Assembly: GCF_018350175.1 (NCBI RefSeq) | Contig: NC_058368.1 | Location: 62,188,001-62,252,000 of the forward strand | DNA: 64,000 nt | Origin: Felis catus | Taxonomy: Eukaryota | Direction: 5' to 3' | In this document: piece by piece, positions 25,968 through 37,101 of the stretch | How the letters are laid out: each line of letters begins with the position of its first letter | Position numbering within the stretch: position 1 is the first letter of the stretch | Made by a program: the position numbers and the translations under genes | The notes under the pieces: model-generated | The model's input: the letters and a program-made list of their open reading frames with translations, nothing else | Database searches by the model: none | What the model was told of the DNA's origin: nothing

Positions 25968-26283
25968 ACTCATATGTGGAATTTAAGAAACAAAACAAAT
26001 GAGCAAAGGGGAAAAGACATAGGCACACACACACAAGCCAAGAGACAGACTCTTAACTATAGAGAACAAACTGATGGTTACCAGAGGGGAGGTGGGTGGG
26101 TGGATTGGTGAAATGTGTGATGGGGCCTAAATAGTCCCTCCCTCCCAGCGGAAAAAAAAAAAAAAGTAAAAGAAAAAGAAACCTAGTTACTTTTCAGTAG
26201 CAGAAAATGACCTGGCTTCTTTGAACAATTACTTTTTGCAACTAGAGAAAAGTTTTTCTCATTATAAAAACAAAGAGATTTTA

Positions 26284-26495
26284 GGGGCACCTGGGTGGTT
26301 CAGTTGGTTGGGTGTCTGACTTTGGCTCAGGTCATGATCTCTAGCTTCACGAGTTCCTGCCCTGCTTTGTGCTCATAGCTCAGAGCCTGGACCCTGCTTT
26401 GGATTCTGTGTCTCCCTCTCTCCTGCCCCTCCCCTGCTCACACTCTGTCTCTCTTTCAAAAATGAATAAAAATTAAAAAAAAATTTTTTTAATAT
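26284..26495 (+). mobile_element. Can-SINE (SINEC)
   Basis: Full SINE; TSD agagatttt at 26274 and 26496. Confidence 0.95.
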
Positions 26496-27795
26496 AGAGA
26501 TTTTGAAAGTTAAAAAAATGTTTAAGCAAGAAAATCAAACTCACAGTTGATTTCACTAACAAGAGATGACCTGTGATCACATTTGGCTGAATTCGTATCT
26601 GCTTGTAAATTTTAATTTAACATCGTACTACAAATATTCTCCATGACATTAATTAGTATTTAAAATGATTTTAATGGATAGCCAATTTTTCATTTTATAA
26701 ATTTATTTACTTAGTCTTGTTTTAGTAAATCCTAAAGTCTTTCATTGTTATCAATAATACTGTGATAAAAATCCCTGCACATACTCCTGTTAACATTCCT
26801 CATTTTGTAGAGGAGTGATGTATATGCTAGTTCCCTGAGTAAGGCATGAATTTATTTCTAGCAAATATATTTACCAAGAAGAATTAATTTATTTACATAA
26901 TCAACATCTTTCTGAGGAAAAGTGGATTTTTGCTTTCCTTCAAAAAAGAAAATTTGAGTAAGAAAATAAAAATTATACTTAATTCTGCCACCCTATGATA
27001 ACCAATATGAGTAATTGGATGCATTTCCACGTACAAATCTCTTTTTTATTCAACAAAAAATTGAGCATTAACATAGAATTAAGTAGACTCCAGAAATACT
27101 ATTTAATGTATTCCATACCATTATTTATTTAGCAGGACAGCAAATTTTATGACCTCTGCTCTGAGTGACTAGGAAGTCTAAAAACGATTCTGTCTATAGT
27201 TACATAGATACAATAATTGTTACAATCCTTCACTCCCTTCTCTGTTCCTACTATATTTTTCATCCTAACTCATTGATGGGCGTATATTTCTCACTACACT
27301 GTGAAATTTTTGAATGGGGTTACTATGGTTTATTTATTATTTAAATAGTGCTCAACAAGTGTGTCTTGAATAAAAAAAAAAAAACCATTTCTTTTTACTC
27401 TTATGTAAGTCTGGTATTTAATTGATAAACCTAGTTTGCCAAAATATGCTGTATAAAATAGTGAGATTAATTTTATATTAGATTAGCATGATGAAAATCT
27501 GAAATGGTTTAAATTAACCTAGAAACCCAGCATATTTTAATTAAAAAAATCTTTGAACACATTAGCTTCTTTCATGAAGACATCATATAAATCAAAATAA
27601 AATGAAACCATAAATTGTATTGGTAAAGGCTGTATTAAAACCAATAAAAATAAAGGCTTTTATTATTTTTAGTGAAACAAATAGCTATGAGAATTTTTCA
27701 TCCAAATCCACAACAATGAAGGTTCTTTGCAACTAAGTAATGATAAGATTTGTACCATTTTATGATATAGTAATTTAATTTAAGAAGGAAGTATA

Positions 27796-28008
27796 GGGGC
27801 GCCTGGGTGGCTCAGTCGGTGGGGCGGCCGACTTCGGCTCAGGTCATGATCTCACGGTCCGTGAGTTCGAGCCCCGCGTTGGGCTCTGTGCTGACGGCTC
27901 AGAGCCTGGAGCCTGTTTCAGATTCTGTGTCTCCCTCTCTCTCTGACCTTCCCCCATTCATGCTCTGTCTCTCTCTGTCTCAAAAATGAATAAACATTAA
28001 AAAAAAAA
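27796..28008 (+). mobile_element. Young felid Can-SINE (SINEC_Fc type)
   Basis: Intact A box (tggctcagtcgg) and B box (gagttcgagcc), many CpGs, perfect 14-bp TSD aagaaggaagtata. Confidence 0.98.
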
Positions 28009-28484
28009 AAGAAGGAAGTATATCATTTCATGAAAATAGTTAATAATCATGTTTTTAAAAAATTATTGTTGTTACAATGCACCAATGTGATTTCTGCTTT
28101 GTCCAATTATACACACTGATTTGAGGTTACAGAGCTTTGAGATAACCTTGTAGTAGTTGCAGGGAATGATGAGCATGTTAGCAGTAAGTCTGGAAGTGTG
28201 TTGGAAGAACACAACTTCATGGAGGCTTACGAGGACAAACATTGTCATAATATGCATTCCTTGGAACCCTCCTCACTCATTTCCTATAGCTTTCCCTCGA
28301 ACTTCATAGTGACTCTTTCACTACCCCCACCAATTATCTAAGAGAGCTGCAGAAACATATTTGATTGATTGATTGATTGATTTGATTTGATTGCATGGAT
28401 ATTTATTTTATTCTTTGAGTTTAATCTAAAACTCATTTTTTATTTTGTTTCTTATTACTTCATATTTTCTTTTTTTTTTCAAAA

Positions 28485-29443
28485 TATATATCACATCTTC
28501 TTTATCCATTATCATTCGATAGACATTTAGGCTCCCTCCATAATATGGTTATTGTTGATAATGCTGCTTTAAACATCAGGGTGCATGTGCCCCTTTGAAT
28601 TAGTATGTTTTGTATCCCTTGGATAAATACCTAGTAGTGCAGTTTCTGGGTTGTAGGGTTGGTTCTCTTTAACTTTCAGAGAAATCTCCACACTGTTTTC
28701 CAGAGTAGCTGTACCAGTTTGCATTCTCACCAACATTCTAAGAGGGTTCCCCTTTCTCTGCATCCTTGCCAATATCTGTTGTTTCCTGAGTTGTTAATTT
28801 TAGTCATTCTGACAGGTGTGAGGTGATATCTCATTGTGGATTTGATTTGTATTTCCCTGATGATGAGAGATGTTGAGCTTTTTTTTCATATGTCTGTTTG
28901 CCATTTGTATGTCTTCTTTGGAAAAGTGTCTGTTTATGATTTCTGCCCATTTCTTAACTGGATTATTTATTTTTGGGTGTCTTGACTTTGATAAGTTGTT
29001 TACATGTATGGATACCAAACTTTTGTCTGATATGTCACTTGTAAATATCTTCTCCATTCTGTGGGTTGCCTTTTCATTTTGTTAATTGTTGCCTTCCTAT
29101 CATCAAGCTTTTTATCTTGATGAAACCGCAGTAGTTAATTTTAGCTTTTGTTTCTTTTGCCTCCAATGACATGTCTAGTAAGAAGTTGCTATGACTGAGG
29201 TCAAAAAGTTTGCTGACTATGTTCTTCTCTAGGATTTTGATGGCTTATTGTCTCACATTTAGGTTTTTCATTCATTTTGGATTTATTTTTGTGTATGGTA
29301 TAACAAAGTGGTCAAGTTTCATTCTTCTGCATGTTACTGTCCAATTTTCCCAACACCACTCATTGAAGAGGCTGTATTTTTTCCATTGGATATTCTTTCC
29401 TGTTTTGTCAAAGAGGAGTTGACCATATAGTTGTGGATCTGTT
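28485..29443 (-). mobile_element. Carnivore L1 ORF2 3' fragment
   Basis: Translation [29 protein letters not shown]. Confidence 0.93.
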
Positions 29444-30012
29444 CAAATACATCTTAAATATAGATAGTTATATGTGAAAATTATGAAGTTGTATATTATT
29501 TTTATAAGAATAGCTCCTGGTATACATGATAAAATAATTTCTGTAACTGAAACTCATTTATATAGAAATTCCCTTTCTGATTTGAACAGAAACTTAAAGT
29601 CACTTTTTTTCAATTTTGTTTTGTTTTGTTTGTTTTGTTTTGTTTTTTGGTCAATTTTGATTTCACCCCCTCTTTCTTTCTGGGTGTCAGGACTTCCAGA
29701 TGCCTTTACAGTACCATGGTATCAGTGTAATGAGGGCTGGGACATAAGACAAGACATCCTTGGACCCTTCTTAATTTGGACAAATTTCTGGGTAGTTTAA
29801 AAAATGCAATTCATTCTTATTTTGTCTATGTTTCTTTTCTTCTTGTCTCCATAACTTTCTCACGGCTTCTTGTTTGTCCTGAGCCCCTTCTGAACCATTG
29901 TTTGGCATAGAAAAAATTCTGCATCTTTTTAGAACCACCTTAGGACAGAAAATATGTCTGTGAACTTGTTTTGGTCTTTTTCTACCTGAACACACCACAA
30001 ATTCATTTCTAT

Positions 30013-30036
30013 CGTCAGTTACCCAAGATGACGTCA
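30013..30036. promoter_or_regulatory. CRE palindrome plus half-CRE flanking an X-box-like motif
   Basis: CGTCA (30013), GTTACCCAAGATG (30018), TGACGTCA (30029) in unique CpG-poor DNA. Confidence 0.35.
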
Positions 30037-30215
30037 CAGACAATAATTCTTGCCTTCTAAGGGTCCACTCCAGAAATCCTGACCACGTTTGTCTGAAAAT
30101 TCTCAAGCTTACCTGAAAGTCCCCTTCTCCCACTCTCCTAGGGATTTAGACTCCAGTGGATGCAGAACCAGCCCCTTTCTCCAAGACCCAACCAACAATT
30201 ATCTGCTTTCTTTTT

Positions 30216-30385
30216 GTCTTTTTTTATTTGTCTTGATTACTTTCTAATTGAAGTATAATTAACATACAGTGTTATGTTTCAGATGTACAATATAATATTT
30301 CAACAATTCTATCACTCAGTGTTCATCAGTATATGTGTACTCTTAATCCCCTTTGTCTATTTCACCCCTCCTCCTACCCACCTCA
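30216..30385 (-). mobile_element. L1 3' UTR fragment
   Basis: aagtataattaacatacagtgttatg...; TSD tgct(t/g)tctttttgt near 30204 and 30386. Confidence 0.85.
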
Positions 30386-30606
30386 TGCTGTCTTTTTGTT
30401 AGAACAGTTGGAGTTGGGATTGTCTTTTACCTGTTATGGATTCTTTTAAAAGTATAAATAAACTTCATTCATAGAATATATTAAGACTTAGCTGAGTTTT
30501 GGATGAAATATTTTTCTGCTAAACTTATGTCACAGCAGTAAATTTCAAAGAATTATTTTGAAGTTTAAAATACATGAAATGATTTCATTATTTTGCTTTC
30601 TCTTAC

Positions 30607-32240
30607 CTTATCCTTCTTTTTCTTGAGGTAATGAATGCCACTGATAATATAAAAAAATAAAGAAAACAAGTTATCAAAAATAAAAACCATATCTGTACAT
30701 TTATGAAACTGTTATTACTGAATAATAGTAGTAGTAAATAAGGGCCTATGTGACATAAATTGTCCTCTTCAAGTGCCCGAGAATGATATCTAAGAAGTGT
30801 ATTCACCAGCCTTGGGCTCCTCAGCCACATCCAGGAGGCAGAATAAGTTCTTCCTGGGAAAGCAGGACTCTACACTCAAAGAGAATGGTGGCAATTCAAG
30901 TCAAAGTAAAGTCAGCAATAATCATACAAAATATACCTCAAGTTCTGGGAAAAAAAATTTCTGGGAGGAACTGAGTCCAGTTGATGTGATGGATGTTTAT
31001 ATTTCAGGACCATCTCTGAAGAACTCTACTCTCTCACTAACCTAATGCAGGACCCTGGAACAATTACTGAAGTTGTCTCTTACCCAGGTTGCATTAACTG
31101 CAGTCATAGAGAGAGGGTTCAAAGAAAACAAGAGAGATTTATCAAGTTGTTTCATAGCTGTATGAATCTTGTATTTAATATATTCAATTCTATAACTTCA
31201 AAAAATATTTCCCTAGGCTTTCAGAAACTGTAAATAAGGGGTCAAAATTTTAAAAGTAGGTAAGAAAACACTACATGTGTATCCTTTTATTTATTATGAC
31301 TCTGGAAAATTTTCTGGGCATTTATCTTTATCTGAATAATGGAAAAATTTTTAAATGGGGTGAATTTAAACATATTAAAGAGTAGAAAACCTATTTGCTA
31401 CTGTATCATACTCAAAAGACTATTTGGACAGATAATCCCAGCTTTATACTTGCTTAGACTTGAGTGTTTTAAATGAAGTAAAAAACGTGAGAAGAACTGT
31501 AACTACAGGAGAACAGGGCAGGACTGACAGTTGCTGTCTCTGAGCATGTTCATGGTCATGGTACCTTTTACAATAAATGGTACATTTTAAAGGAAATATG
31601 TTGACAAGACCTGATGTCATGTTCATGGAACCCATTAAAGGAAATAGTGTTGAAACAAGTCCACAATCTTCATAGAGAAGATAGATATGAAGGAGTAGTA
31701 TTTTATATGCGTCTTTTCACACCAACTGGGAACTTCAAATTATTTTCAGTTATGCTTTACACTCTGATGTTATAAATTGTGCCTTCCCATGGGATAAACT
31801 AATCCATGTAAAACCCAAAAAGCTATATTTTCTGTTGAATATGTAAATACAGTTTAGGAAGTTTGACTTCTTACTCAACCATTTCAAGATTCACTAACAG
31901 AATGGTTAAAACAGTGCTCACAGTTCTGCTCAAGGGTAAGTTCAATTCGTTTGGTGAAATTTAGAAAGACACTACCTTCCCTAAGAACCACGACCACGAT
32001 GATGTCACACTCGAGCCTCCACAAGGTGAGAAAGGTAATGAGTGCCCTGCAACAACAACAAAAAATAGTTTACTAAGCATCAAGCTAGGATTTTTCAGGA
32101 GTTTCATCATTATATGTATTAATAACTATCTTATTAAGTGGAAGTCTTAAATATAGAGTCAAACTGTAATCCAATTTGTATCCTCACATTTGTGATGTAA
32201 TTAATATATGACTCACCAACAGTTCATCAAACTTTCTGTC
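30607..32240 (-). other. Candidate short-exon chain (32240-32217, 31097-31084, 30640-30607)
   Basis: GTGAGT/GTAAGA donors; long pyrimidine tracts before the 14-nt and 34-nt exons; joins into DRKFDELLLMQPGGIHYLKKKKDK. Confidence 0.25.
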
Positions 32241-32461
32241 CTTAAGAAAATAGTACAAGGTCACTACTGTGTACCCTTTTGTTGACCTTGCAATGAGACC
32301 AAAGGGAAAAGGAAGGGATCATCACAGTCGCAAAACTAGGATGTAACCCAGTGCTTATGAACACTGCTTCCCAGGTTGCAGCAAATAGTCGACTAAATGA
32401 TAAGGTTCGGGTCACTGGCATATCAGTAACTGAAATATCAGTGACAAATAAAACAGTATAA

Positions 32462-32476
32462 CCAATCCCCCCCGCC
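32462..32476. promoter_or_regulatory. Adjacent CCAAT box and GC-box-like motif
   Basis: ccaatcccccccgcc in a locally CpG-retaining unique stretch. Confidence 0.25.
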
Positions 32477-32933
32477 GAGAAACTAAATTCAAAAACATGT
32501 AGAAGTTGATTAATAACGTATTCCTTCCCTCTTTCCCCCAAATATCTACAAACAATTCTCTGAAAAACATAATCGAACCTAAACAATAGTTAAATAGATG
32601 CCTTAACAGGATGTGATATTTCTGGATGACAAGAAGCATAGCAAGAGATTTGTTAATAGGATGATGTAGGGGAAGGCTGCTTCTGAAAAAATAGGTCTGA
32701 GTAATTTATATGCTTCTGACAAATGACCACAAACTATTCTGAGTTTGTATCATTGAGCTGATCAAAATGATCTTCACAATTGAGGCATTTCCGCCCATGG
32801 CATCATCAGGAAGTAGAAAAAAAAGTCCCTTCCATTTTATAATAAGTACAAATGTGAACTTTCCAGGTACTTCCCCGAATTCTTGTGTGTGTGTGTGTTA
32901 TTTCAAAAAAGTGTTTTTTTAAAACACCTCCTT

Positions 32934-32934
<1 letters not shown>

Positions 32935-32964
<30 letters not shown>
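32935..32964. repeat. (TTTA)n microsatellite
   Basis: Tetranucleotide run. Confidence 0.9.
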
Positions 32965-33612
32965 GGCAAACAAGATTTACTTCCTCTGTTGTGCATACTT
33001 AGGTAATCAATTTAGGGCCATGACAGTTTTAGACTGAACTCAAAAAGACAGTGACTTTTTAACTCACTTACTGTCTAAAAGTTATGGGGAAGGCAAAACA
33101 ATAGAATGGCTTGCTTAAAAATTTAAACTTTGTCTCTACTGAAAGAATTTTAGATGGACTCGTGGAAGCTTTGTATGACACAAAACATTTCCTTAAGAAT
33201 AGGACACTTTATGGATCTGTCTCATTCATTTCATTCTAGGTGGAAAATAGGATCCCACAATCTCTTAATTCAGAGTGTACCTTAAAACAAAACAAAACAA
33301 TACAAAGGAAACAAAAAACCCACTATCTCTACCTCTAAAACATGGAAATTATGGTTTCAAAGGTAGTCATTGTCATTTCAAGGGAAGAAACACAGGAGCT
33401 TTGATTGTCTGTATAAAAATTACATAAAAGGGTAAACACATGGAGGAAGTGTGAGGAAACAGAAGTAGTGACAGCTTTTTATTAGTAAAACTCTCTGTAT
33501 AATAATATCCTTGAAACTCCCTAGGAATTGACGTATCTTGGACTTTCCCTGTATTCAGGCCCCACCATAATATCAATGAATCATCTTCAGTGCTTTAGTA
33601 AAGACAAACAAT

Positions 33613-33704
33613 GAGTGTGCCTGGGTGGCTCAGTCAGTTAAGCATCCAACTTCAGCTCAGGTCATGATCTCACAGTTTGTGAGTTTGAGCCCTGCATTAG
33701 GCTC
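33613..33704 (+). mobile_element. Tailless Can-SINE (tRNA-derived head only)
   Basis: Head ends at cattaggctc; no CT tract or A tail; flanked by aaaca(a/g)t. Confidence 0.85.
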
Positions 33705-34964
33705 AAACAGTGGGTCAATTGCCCTGAAGCCAAAACAAACTTGGAAAGTTGTGGAGATCAAACAAACACTACCTTTATGGTACAATTATGAAGGTAGAAA
33801 GCAGACTTTGAGTGCTTGTGAGCCATTAAAACTGAAGGCTAATAACTGCTTACATAAATCACACCTGAGAAGATAATTTTCTTTTTCCGGGAAACTGGAG
33901 ATGGAGTTGAGTCTTGTCAGACTGCTTCCAAAGACCATGGCCTTAATGAAGTTCAAAACATTTTCCATATGTTGATAGGAAAGGAGACAATTCTAAGTGA
34001 AACCTGTCATCAAATGTACATCCACATTTGTACTGAAATTAGTTGAAAATTGGCCCAACCTACCAATAATTAAATGGGACATGGGATGTCCTGAGAGTTC
34101 CGTATATTGCTCATTCTCTCCAGACTGCAGTCATTTAAACAGGAGGTGTTTTACTGAAAGCATTTACAGTGGAGGGAAAATTTAAAAATTTACTCTAAAT
34201 ATAATTGGATAATTAACAGCCAAACTGTAGCCTCATGAAACCATCTCAGTGCAAACTGTCTTACTGAAGCTTATAAGGAGCTGTTCGCTCCTGCATGGGG
34301 GGGATCAGGTATCATAACCTGATCCATACATTCATTTTGATACTATCTGGCTCACTTAATTTTACTTTTTTTTTTTTGAATAAAAAAGGCCACCAGTAAA
34401 AAAAAAATCAAAGCATATTTCTCAGCTGGAAAAAGAGGAAGAGAAAAACGTCACACCTTGTGGCTGCAGTTGCAATGTGAATCTTCATGGACAGGAACAC
34501 TTTTACTTTAAATTGTCTTTCAAAATCCAGATATTAATACTCTCTAACCAAATGCTGCAGTTATGTTGAGCTCTCATTCCTGGAAGAAAAATAGGAGGTT
34601 AGGAAACAAATACAAAACAAATGTGTGAGGAAAGGAACATGGGAATTGAATATTGTATTGGAGACAGAGGTAGCTAGTGTCCCAGTGCCTACAAGGCACG
34701 AATCATGGCAGACTTAAAATATAAGCTACCTGTCCAGAAACTAAATGCTGAGAAATTTGAAGTACTTTACTTCTAGTTCTGGGAAAATGGATAACCATGA
34801 ATTTGTTTTCTAATGAAATGGTATGAAATATCAGATATAATAATGATGAAAGTATTAATGCATAACTGGACTCACAGAAACTAAGGGAAACCCATAAATG
34901 AGACAGAAAATGTCATAAACCTATGAACAAAAGTGGGAACAGCACTGGGAGTGGAATCATTGGA

Positions 34965-35062
34965 TTTTGTAATAGTAATGGTCTTGGGTGTTTATGGTTG
35001 TGAGGAAATCAGGTTTTGTAACAGTGATGGTCTTGCGTGTTTATGATCGTGAGGAAATCAGA
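34965..35062. repeat. 49-bp tandem duplication (2 copies)
   Basis: ttttgtaa(t/c)agt(a/g)atggtcttg...gaggaaatcag twice, 6 differences. Confidence 0.9.
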
Positions 35063-35190
35063 GGTAAAACTATGTCCTATAAGTACTATGAGGCTTGAAG
35101 ATGGGACTGAGACTATCTTCCGGGACTACGAAAGGGAGAATGAAATAATTTCTGGCCATAAGCACAGTGATATGAAATGCAGGCTTGTTT

Positions 35191-35432
35191 AAGCAGGTGA
35201 AAGGGAGTGAGAAATACAGGTTTCCAGTTACAGATTAAAGAAGTCACAGGAATAAAAGGCACAGTGCAGGGAATATAGTCAATGATATTGCAATGGTGTT
35301 GTATAGTAACAGATGGATAGCTACACTTGAGTATAAAACATAACTTATAAAGAAGTTGAATCACCATGTTGTACACCTGAAACTAATGTAATATTGTATG
35401 GCAACTATACTCAAATAAAACAATTTTTTTAA
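35191..35432 (+). mobile_element. Carnivore L1 3' end
   Basis: gttgtacacctgaaactaatgtaatattgtatg...aataaa; flanking gcagg(c/t)ttg(t/c)tta repeats. Confidence 0.9.
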
Positions 35433-35750
35433 AAAGCAGGTTTGCTTATGCTTAGACTTTGGGAAAGGACTAAATATCTCCCCCAAGATAATATTATCTT
35501 GAAAATGTGTTTTGCATCTGTTTACAGTTTGAAGATGTATATGTTGCACTGTGTAACTTGAGAAATTAACATAAAAACCACTGATATGTCTCCAAGGTGA
35601 AAACAAAATGCTATGGAGACACTATCTCACAACTCAGGCAGTATAAGCTGAATACAGACCTAAGAAATATCCCCACTGAAAATTACCTTAGAAATAAAAA
35701 ATTAAAATTCATGAAGAAACAATTAACCATGAGTGAAAATCAGCAAGTTA

Positions 35751-35976
35751 CAGTAAAACCTTGGATTGTGAGTGGCTTATCTGTGAGTGTTCTGCAAGAC
35801 GACCAAACTTTTCTAATAAATTTTAACCTGATAAAGAGTACAAGTAGTACAAGATGCAGAACATCACATGATCACAAGTGAGCCAATGGTTCTTGAAATT
35901 TGCTTTTATATACAAGTGCTTTGGATTACAAGCATGTTTCCAGAATGAATTATGCTTGCAAACCAAAGTTTTACTG
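35751..35976 (+). mobile_element. TcMar-Tigger-type MITE (carnivore Tigger2a_Car-like)
   Basis: TIRs cagtaaaaccttggattg / caaaccaaagttttactg with TA target duplications. Confidence 0.85.
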
Positions 35977-36440
35977 TATTTTGAACAGATTGAGTCACAC
36001 TTTAATTACTTGAGATAATGAATAATAAGAAAATTTATTTGAAAAAGAATGTAAGTTGTAAAAGTTTACTGAGTGAGTACTGGCTGACCCAGATAATTAT
36101 CAATTCAAGGCTAGGATATAAGGAAGGGGATTTTTGATGCAAATGACTGAGTTCACATTTGTAGGGTTATAAAATAACTAATGAATTACTGCATTAAGAT
36201 GTAAATTGAACCCAGTAGGAAAGATGAATCAGGGAAAAAGTAAACAAATTTCAAAATAGTTTGCTGATTGGTGATCGAAACCAATGTTGAATCTAAATTC
36301 CATAAGTAAAACAACAAACGTAAAATCAAAGCGCAGCTCCATAACATTAGCATGTAAAATAAATGGAAGGACTAGAATAAAGAAATAAATTTTAAAATTT
36401 GTATTAAATAGACAATTCTCTTTTAAAATTACAACAAAGA

Positions 36441-36659
36441 GAGCTGACTGGGTGGCTCAGTCGGTCAAGTGTTGGACTTTTGATTTCGGCTCAGGTCATG
36501 ATCTGATGGTTCATGAGTTTCGGCCCGCATTGGGCTCTGCACTGATAGCGAAGAGCCCGCTTGGGATTTTGTCTCTCTCTTTCTCTCTCTGTTCATCCCC
36601 TGCCTGTGCTCTCTCTATCTCTTTCTCCTCAAAATAAATGAATAAGCTTAAAAAAAAAA
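36441..36659 (+). mobile_element. Can-SINE (SINEC)
   Basis: Head, CT tract and A tail. Confidence 0.95.
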
Positions 36660-37101
36660 CACAGAAACATAATTGATCAATATTACTAAATAAACCGAAT
36701 CAGTAGTTTAAATAAACTTCCAAGGAATTAACAGAGAGACAAATTCTAACAAATGTGTAGGAGGAAAAAAAATACTTGAAAAAGTTCATAGAAGATAAAA
36801 ACAGTTGCAGCTACCAACAGAAAAAATGTATTGATATTTTAAAAATAATATATTAGCATAAAAATCAAATGATGCATTAAAAACTAAAACATGAACACGT
36901 AGGGCTAGTTCCAAAAATGGATAACTGAGGTTTATCTTAACATAGTTTAACAATAAATTTGGTAAAGAAGTAATTTACCATATTAAGTGATTAAAGGAAA
37001 AAAAAACCACTGAAGATAGTAAATATTTATTGAACACCGCCTTTGAGCTGTTCCCAATCATTAGGGAAGAGAGGTGAACAAAACAAACAAAATCTGTATT
37101 C

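Larger units (their letters stand above)
18763..26174 (+). mobile_element. Near-full-length decayed carnivore LINE-1
   Basis: 5' UTR, ORF1, ORF2, partial 3' UTR and poly(A); degenerate TSD aaagaaaagcttgttactt (18744) / aaagaaacctagttactt (26175). Confidence 0.95.

Noticed and set aside
27796..27890. tRNA-like A/B boxes in SINE heads as tRNA genes
   Set aside because: tRNA-derived SINE heads followed by the SINE body; not true tRNA genes
29691..29800. + strand segment GLPDAFTVPWYQCNEGWDI, resembling a sushi-domain YxCNEG motif
   Set aside because: Only one Cys, no good donor, and the rest does not fit a CCP domain
29771..30133. 120-aa minus-strand ORF
   Set aside because: GTG start, no recognisable homology, runs through a splice donor and the CRE cluster
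31858..32040. + strand donors (AGG|GTAAGT near 31936; AAG|GTGAGA near 32025)
   Set aside because: No convincing pyrimidine-tract acceptor or phase-linked partner exons; expected by chance
32242..32586. 114-aa minus-strand ORF
   Set aside because: Non-ATG start and no recognisable family; within chance length
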